Below are positions 23,965 to 24,442 of a DNA stretch of 24,442 nt, piece by piece; position 1 is the stretch's first letter, and the number at the start of each line of letters is the position of its first letter. Position numbers and translations under genes: made by a program. Origin of the DNA: a virus (lineage: Duplodnaviria > Caudoviricetes); the IMG/VR virus record IMGVR_UViG_3300024051_000014, positions 1-24,442 of that record. One strand, given 5' to 3'. A model generated the notes under the pieces. The model made no database searches. It was not told where the DNA came from and saw only the letters and a program-made list of their open reading frames with translations.

Positions 23965-24442
23965 TATTTATCCTCCCCGAAATGCTTTTCATTCAGCGCC
24001 AGAAGCAGGCCGTCCGCCTCGCTGATCGTTATTGCGTCAGCGAGCATCAACAGGGCCTGCTTGCGCTCGGCCTGAGTCATCCGCCCGAATGTGTCCAGAA
24101 AGGTATTCAACCGCTTCTTTTCAGGTGCTTCAGGGGCCTTCTTGTCGATGATGGCCACCGCCTCGGATATGCCCTTGGCCTGTCCGTCGGCGATCAGGTC
24201 AACGACCCTGACCTGACGCGCCGGATCCATCTTGGCCAGTGCCCGCAATGCCGAAGCATTGGAGCCTATAGCCAGAGGCCGGACACGCGACGCTATCGAG
24301 GCCGGAAGGCGCTTAAACAGCATGAGGTCATTACTGACCGTTTGTTGCGACAAGCCCAATTTGGCGGCTACGCCAGCCTGAAGCCCGTATGCATTACCAA
24401 TCATTAGTATTGCATCCGCAGCTTCGGTTTTGACCTCCTTCT
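23964..24442 (-). CDS. C-terminal part of a ParB-like HTH protein (5' end outside the window)
   Basis: Frame stays open to the window edge (KEVKTEAADAILMIGNAYGLQAGVAAKLGLSQQTVSNDL...LRALAKMDPARQ); HTH followed by ParB-like helical region. Confidence 0.7.
   Translation of the reverse strand, partial: KEVKTEAADAILMIGNAYGLQAGVAAKLGLSQQTVSNDLMLFKRLPASIASRVRPLAIGSNASALRALAKMDPARQVRVVDLIADGQAKGISEAVAIIDKKAPEAPEKKRLNTFLDTFGRMTQAERKQALLMLADAITISEADGLLLALNEKHFGEDK

Larger units (their letters stand above)
1..24442 (-). mobile_element. Mu-like transposable prophage/phage (internal segment; both ends outside the window)
   Basis: Co-oriented, translationally coupled genes in Mu-like order: transposase A, ATPase B, gemA, mor/C, lysis, gp25-26, terminases, portal, F, I, T, gp36/37/38, sheath, tube, chaperone, tape measure. 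Confidence 0.97.

Noticed and set aside
410-24407. Many plus-strand ORFs in the track (e.g. 3638-4381, 5729-6553, 19949-20764, 21679-22584)
   Set aside because: All lie antisense to well-supported minus-strand genes, have no recognisable motifs, and are expected shadows in GC-rich coding DNA.
1-24442. Prophage ends (TG...CA, transposase binding sites), repressor, gam, invertase, CRISPR array, diversity-generating retroelement
   Set aside because: None seen; both window edges fall inside phage genes, and I found no spaced repeats or reverse transcriptase motifs.

Overview
The window is the internal ~24 kb of a Mu-like (transposable, contractile-tailed) prophage or phage. All real genes are on the minus strand, and neither genome end is in the window. 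Reading from 24442 down to 1: early region (partial ParB-like protein, small ORFs, MuA-type DDE transposase, MuB-type AAA ATPase, DUF3164); a self-contained cassette (sigma70 promoter, C4-type antisense RNA with a1/b1 and a2/b2 targets, ORF6N-domain gene, 64-aa gene); gemA and a Mor/C-type late activator; lysis genes (M15 endolysin, holin, Rz/Rz1) and a TraR/DksA zinc finger; packaging and head genes (gp25, gp26, small and large terminase, portal, MuF, protease/scaffold, decoration protein, capsid); and tail genes (gp36, gpG, gp37, gp38, sheath, tube, chaperone with a GGGAAAG -1 frameshift, start of the tape measure). The most notable signals are (i) the P1/P4-style C4 RNA cassette inside a Mu-like genome, (ii) a MuF protein in which a lower-GC PBECR3-like putative nuclease appears nested inside a split PBECR2-like domain, with no adjacent immunity gene, (iii) two identical palindromic late-activator sites with identical -10 spacing, one predicting a leaderless endolysin mRNA, (iv) an A8 tract that fuses GemA to a hydrophobic peptide, and (v) TTAA-N7-TTAA (CtrA-like) boxes. 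An alphaproteobacterial host is inferred, not proven. Family assignments come from motif recognition and gene order, not database searches.
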